Assembly (NCBI GenBank): GCA_963706575.1
Contig: CAVPNL010000002.1
Coordinates: 114,022 to 178,021 of the forward strand
Source: an uncultured delta proteobacterium
Lineage (GTDB): Bacteria; Desulfobacterota; Desulfobacteria; Desulfobacterales; JAHEIW01
Length of the DNA stretch: 64,000 nucleotides
Direction of reading: 5' to 3'
A program made the position numbers and the translations under genes. This document shows, one piece after another, positions 59,815-64,000 of this stretch (position 1 is its first letter; each line of letters starts with the position of its first letter). Below the pieces are notes generated by a model. That model was given only the letters and a program-made list of their open reading frames with translations, had not been told where the DNA came from and did no database searches.

Positions 59815-61452
59815 TTAGACAGTGTAGAGAATCACCAAACAGCGGGTATCTTCATTGGAAAGACTCTTTAATTTGTGAGGAATATCGGAGTTAAAGTGAA
59901 TCGACTCATCCGTCTTCAAGTGATGGGCTTTGCCTCCCAGCATGACTTCGAGCTCCCCTTCCATCACGTAAATGAATTCTTCACCCTCGTGTTTGTATTC
60001 GACTGGTTTGTGGATTTGGCGGGATTCGATGGTTATCATAAACGCTCTCAGATGATCACTTTCGGCATGCGGTGTGAGTGTCTGATAAGAATAGTTGCGT
60101 GTACGTTTTATAAAGGCCTTGGATCGCTGGTCCTGAATGATATCCTTTTCCGCTTTGCTGAGGAATGTGCCCGGATTGACATTCAAAGCCTTGGCCAGCA
60201 TGACCAGGAAGCCCACGGATGGAGAAAATTTCTCATTCTCGACCTGATCGATAAATTCAGGGGTTTGGCCGGTTGCCTTAGCCAGATCCTCCACAGACCA
60301 ATTATGGGCTTCTCGAAGTTTACACACCTTTGCCCCGAACCCTTCTCCTTCCCCTGAAGTATTGCCTTTCTGCTCACATAATACATCTGCCATTTTGCGC
60401 ATCACAACCTGTTTGACCTTGGTTGTGAGTATCGGCAAAAATGCCCTGGCATCCGTTACAATCCCAAAATCCGCGATCTGGAATATAGGTGAGCGCTTAT
60501 CCCGATTGATCGCAACGATTGTTTGGGCTTCCGTAATCCCGGCGGTATATTGAACGGCCCCTGAGGTTCCCACAGACAGGAGCAAGCCGGGACGAACATG
60601 CTTTCCTGTCTGCCCGATCAGACGCTCTTTATCCACCCAGTGCTGGAGCACCGGCGGGCGTGTTGCACCCACTTCAGCGCCCATGGTTACTGCAAGCTCT
60701 CTCACCAGACCAAAGTCATCCATGCTGCCAAGGCCCGCCCCGCCGACAACCACGACTTGCGCTTCCTCCAGCTTCCGGTGCTCGGCAGGTTCAAGTTCAC
60801 TCGACAAGAATTTAATTCCGTTGGTTATCTCAGGGCATTTTACCTGTGTGCGTTCAACAATGCCCGGTGCTCCTCTCGCTTTTTCAGCCCGATGCACCCG
60901 CGACTGAACTGTTGCAAATCCGGTTTTGTGTTTATCAGAGAATGTCAGTTCAGCCATAATTTCACCGCCCCACGATGGAGAAGAAGCGATGATCTCACCG
61001 TTTTCGATCCTCAAATCCAAACAATCCGCCAGCAGTCCGCAGTTTGTGAGACCGGCAGTTCGCGCAGCCAACTCCCTGCCAAAATCAGTAAGCGCAAACA
61101 ATACCAGCATGGGCTTATACTTCGAAACTGCTTCTGCCAGAACATGTCCGTAAATGTCTGCCCTTGGCACACCCAAGCCGCTTATTTCTAAAGCGTAAAC
61201 TTTATCTGCACCGTGGTCGAGACATAATTGTTCGGCCGCTGCAAGCGGAATAAAAGCCTGCTTGACCGCATCAACTTCGGATTCATCGAAATCAGATGAT
61301 CCGATCAGCACCATCACGACTTTCGCGGGCACGGGTTGGGCAACCTCCCGGGCCTTGGCCAGTATATTGAGACCAAACCCGAAAAATCTTTCATTTCTCA
61401 AGTCACCCAAAACCCAAATTTCTTTTGCAGCACTATCTGACATGATCGTCAT
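59815..61452 (-). CDS. etfA: Electron transfer flavoprotein alpha fused to an XRE-HTH plus cupin regulator module
   Basis: EtfA motifs GATRPPV, IGQTGK, GTSGAVQ, AINRD..SPIF; then FGAKVCKLRE...PSVGFL..LAKAL (XRE) and HEGEEFIYV...PH (cupin), all in one frame. Confidence 0.85.
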   Translation of the reverse strand: MTIMSDSAAKEIWVLGDLRNERFFGFGLNILAKAREVAQPVPAKVVMVLIGSSDFDESEVDAVKQAFIPLAAAEQLCLDHGADKVYALEISGLGVPRADIYGHVLAEAVSKYKPMLVLFALTDFGRELAARTAGLTNCGLLADCLDLRIENGEIIASSPSWGGEIMAELTFSDKHKTGFATVQSRVHRAEKARGAPGIVERTQVKCPEITNGIKFLSSELEPAEHRKLEEAQVVVVGGAGLGSMDDFGLVRELAVTMGAEVGATRPPVLQHWVDKERLIGQTGKHVRPGLLLSVGTSGAVQYTAGITEAQTIVAINRDKRSPIFQIADFGIVTDARAFLPILTTKVKQVVMRKMADVLCEQKGNTSGEGEGFGAKVCKLREAHNWSVEDLAKATGQTPEFIDQVENEKFSPSVGFLVMLAKALNVNPGTFLSKAEKDIIQDQRSKAFIKRTRNYSYQTLTPHAESDHLRAFMITIESRQIHKPVEYKHEGEEFIYVMEGELEVMLGGKAHHLKTDESIHFNSDIPHKLKSLSNEDTRCLVILYTV

Positions 61453-61461
61453 CTCTAAAAA

Positions 61462-62238
61462 TTAACCGACGAAACCGGTATCGACAAAAAGCCTGGCAAG
61501 GTCTTGCGCCTGCTCCTCAGCCGAACCCGATAAAAACTTACATTTTCTAACCTTTTTGACGCGCTTTAAAGAAATCACCTTTGTCGGGGATCCTTGCTCT
61601 CCGACCTGTTGCAGAGACAACCCCAGTTCATTTAAATTCCAAAATTCCACCTTAGGTGCTGCGAAGGCAGCTTCGATTCCGTGAAGTCCAACATCTCTGG
61701 GTTGGACCGAGCCGGGATGAACCGTAACCATTGCTGGAAAAGAGAGTGCCAACTTTTCCCTGAATCCATCGGCTCTGCGCTCCACCAGCAACTCATTGTC
61801 CGTGGACTCAATAGAATAAGCCAGGGTTACCAGGGGCATATTCAGCATGACCGCAGTTTGAGGACCTACCTGCCCGGTGTCACTGTCTGCAGTCCGGTTC
61901 CCGAAGAGAACTAAATCGAAGGGCATCAGTTTTTTAATGGCAGCACTAAGAGCCGTTGCGGTTGCAAGCGTGTCTGAGCCCGCAAGTGCAGGATCGCTAA
62001 GCAATATGCTCCGATCGACACCCAAGGCCATCGTTTCGATCAAAGCAATTTCAGATGATTCCGGGCCCATGGAAACAGCCGTCACAGCCCCTCCATAGGC
62101 TTCCCGCAAATTCAGTGCTATTTCTATAGCTGGTCTGTCATATGGATTTAACTCGCAGGATTCAGATGTTCGAACCACCCGTCCATCAGGTGCGTTGACG
62201 ACCACTGATTTGACACATACGATAATGTTTAAATTCAT
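61462..62238 (-). CDS. etfB: Electron transfer flavoprotein beta
   Basis: IIVCVK, NPYD, AGSDTLATA, DSDTGQVG, GSPT. Confidence 0.93.
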   Translation of the reverse strand: MNLNIIVCVKSVVVNAPDGRVVRTSESCELNPYDRPAIEIALNLREAYGGAVTAVSMGPESSEIALIETMALGVDRSILLSDPALAGSDTLATATALSAAIKKLMPFDLVLFGNRTADSDTGQVGPQTAVMLNMPLVTLAYSIESTDNELLVERRADGFREKLALSFPAMVTVHPGSVQPRDVGLHGIEAAFAAPKVEFWNLNELGLSLQQVGEQGSPTKVISLKRVKKVRKCKFLSGSAEEQAQDLARLFVDTGFVG

Positions 62239-62306
62239 CCATTGACCTCATTTTACACGATCCAGGAAGTCGATTCGCTCATCGTTAGGCTTGGACCCGA
62301 CCGCTG

Positions 62307-63452
62307 TCATTTAGAACCCAATACACTTCTGGCTATAACGACCCGTTGAATTTCAGAGGTGCCCTCATAGATCCGGGTGACTCTGGCATCGCGGTAATAG
62401 CGCTCCACAGGATATGATTTGGAGTACCCATAACCGCCGTGGATCTGAACCGCCATGTCCGTCACATTGCAGGCCGTTTCTGAAGCAAAGAGTTTGGCCA
62501 TAGCCGCAACCTGAGAAAGCGGCTTGCCTTGATTGTTCATCACCGCAGCCCGGTATACCATAAGACGTGCTGCGTCGATCTGTGTAGCCATGTCGGCAAT
62601 CATCATCTGTATTGCCTGATGTTTCGCAATAGGCACGCCGAACTGGCGGCGTTCTTTCGCATAGCGCACGGCTTCGTCAAAGGCGGCCTGGGCGATTCCG
62701 AGGGCCTGGGCGGCTATTCCCATTCTGCCGGTGTCCAGTGCTTTCAGGCCGATGTGCAATCCCATACCTTCTTTACCAATCAAATTGCCCGCCGGTACAC
62801 GACAATCATAAAGTCGAATCGAACTCACCGGATTTGCACGCATACCGCAAAGGTCCTCAATATCTCCGACCACAAAGCCGGGAGTACCCCTTTCAGCAAC
62901 TAACACACTGATTCCCTCGTGGCCGCCTTCGGTGTTCGTGCGGGCAAAAATCAGGCATATATCGGCGATCCCGCCGTTGGTTACAAAAACCTTGTTGGCA
63001 TTAAGGACATAGTGATGACCGTCACGAAAAGCGGTTGCTTCAATTCCGCCCGGATCCGTACCGGCATTGGGCTCTGTGAGGCAGAAAGCACCGATCTTTT
63101 CACCTTTAGCCAGTGGTGGAATCCATTTTTCCTTTTGCTCGTCCGTACCAAAAACCATAATCGGATAGATGCCGACCCCGTAATGAACGGTTAAACAAAG
63201 TCCGAGACCCGCACAGGCTCGCGAGATTTCTTCAATTACGATGACATAGCTTACGGCATCCATTCCGGCGCCGCCGAATTCCTTGGGAACTTGAATTCCG
63301 AAGTATCCCAACTTGCCCATCTTCTCTACCACTTCCCAGGGAAATCGGGCCTCAAGATCCAGATCTTTGGCAATCGGCATCAACTCTCGTTCACAGAAAG
63401 CGCGCACCGAACGGCGCACAGCGTGATTTTTTTCATTTAAAAACACGTCCAT
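62307..63452 (-). CDS. Acyl-CoA dehydrogenase
   Basis: FCLTEPNAGTD, GRMGIAAQ, RRQFG, QIHGGYGY, IYEGTSEIQ. Confidence 0.95.
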   Translation of the reverse strand: MDVFLNEKNHAVRRSVRAFCERELMPIAKDLDLEARFPWEVVEKMGKLGYFGIQVPKEFGGAGMDAVSYVIVIEEISRACAGLGLCLTVHYGVGIYPIMVFGTDEQKEKWIPPLAKGEKIGAFCLTEPNAGTDPGGIEATAFRDGHHYVLNANKVFVTNGGIADICLIFARTNTEGGHEGISVLVAERGTPGFVVGDIEDLCGMRANPVSSIRLYDCRVPAGNLIGKEGMGLHIGLKALDTGRMGIAAQALGIAQAAFDEAVRYAKERRQFGVPIAKHQAIQMMIADMATQIDAARLMVYRAAVMNNQGKPLSQVAAMAKLFASETACNVTDMAVQIHGGYGYSKSYPVERYYRDARVTRIYEGTSEIQRVVIARSVLGSK

Positions 63453-63587
63453 AACAAACTCATTTAACTTTAAATAACCGGTATGTCAACTTGTCTGGTG
63501 GGGAGGCTATCCGGCACCCCAAAGGTGCACAGGATTGTGGATATCATTGGATATGAAAACAAGTCAATGGAAGGTTATCAGAAAAAG

Positions 63588-63626
63588 CAAAAGGGCAGCT
63601 CTGAGGTATCCCTTGGAGCTACCCTT
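63588..63626 (-). terminator. Terminator-like hairpin upstream of the acyl-CoA dehydrogenase gene
   Basis: AAGGGCAGCTCTGAGG/CCTTGGAGCTACCCTT stem with a T-run on the minus strand. Confidence 0.55.
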
Positions 63627-63988
63627 AACGAGAGGATATTAAACGAGCGAATGTAGCCTCCCCTCATTGGCAATAGTTTATTTAACCTATATTATAAACA
63701 TTACCGTCTCGATGCACAAGCGGAAATGCTGCCATTTTCGAAAAAAAATAGCAGCGCCACGGAATACGAACGCGGTCAATGATTTTACATCCCCGTAGAG
63801 CGTCCGCTGGTTCCGGTCAACCCTTCTTTTTTATTACAGATTATTGAGTCCACCACATCTTCGGTTGACATCAAAAATATTTTCAGCTAATAGGACTCGT
63901 TTGTACTTATCACATTGTGGCAGTTTGCTTGAGCCGCCACAGTGTTGAATCTTTTGAATTCAACCTATCTGATAGATGTTTAAAAAAA

Positions 63989-64000
63989 TGGTGGAGATGA
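63989..64000 (-). tRNA. Possible 3' end of tRNA-Ala, cut by the window edge
   Basis: Minus strand TCATCTCCACCA resembles an Ala acceptor end with CCA; only 12 nt visible. Confidence 0.4.

Noticed and set aside
63690..63900. Integrase remnant next to the putative tRNA
   Set aside because: Hand translation of the frames I tried gave only short ORFs without recombinase motifs.

Overview
A mostly housekeeping 64-kb bacterial chromosome segment. Gene content and order suggest a sulfate-reducer-like deltaproteobacterium (Desulfobacterales type); this is an inference, not a database result. Core genes include recD, a beta-alpha fused ADP-forming acyl-CoA synthetase, ispF, uvrB-uvrC, mdh, purC, an EF-G paralog, xseA-xseB-ispA-dxs-tlyA, a nucleotide-sugar dehydrogenase (frameshifted)-GlmU-like-glmM cluster, ispD, rnpB, dnaG-rpoD-tRNA(CAT)-Nif3-zinc ribbon, hisB-hisA and an acyl-CoA dehydrogenase-etfB-etfA cluster. 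AT-rich accessory patches lie at about 2.1-5.2 kb, 41-43 kb and 45.2-49 kb. I saw no CRISPR array, rRNA, integrase or transposase. The main observations are: (1) a pervasive set of intergenic elements built from inverted arrays of 7-10-nt micro-repeats, one family in three copies with a conserved core, some with nested GTAG-type REP-like hairpins; (2) EtfA fused in frame to an XRE-HTH/cupin regulator; (3) an MglA-like GTPase with no adjacent MglB, in an operon with a DUF4388-2x cNMP protein and a PilZ protein; (4) purC coupled to an orphan ParB-like protein and an SPL-like radical SAM enzyme; (5) a long HPr-domain protein, an exported protein with an unrecognised duplicated 56-aa domain, two apparent +1 frameshifts, and a 47-aa lipoprotein missed by the ORF track. 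All family assignments are from motif recognition by eye.
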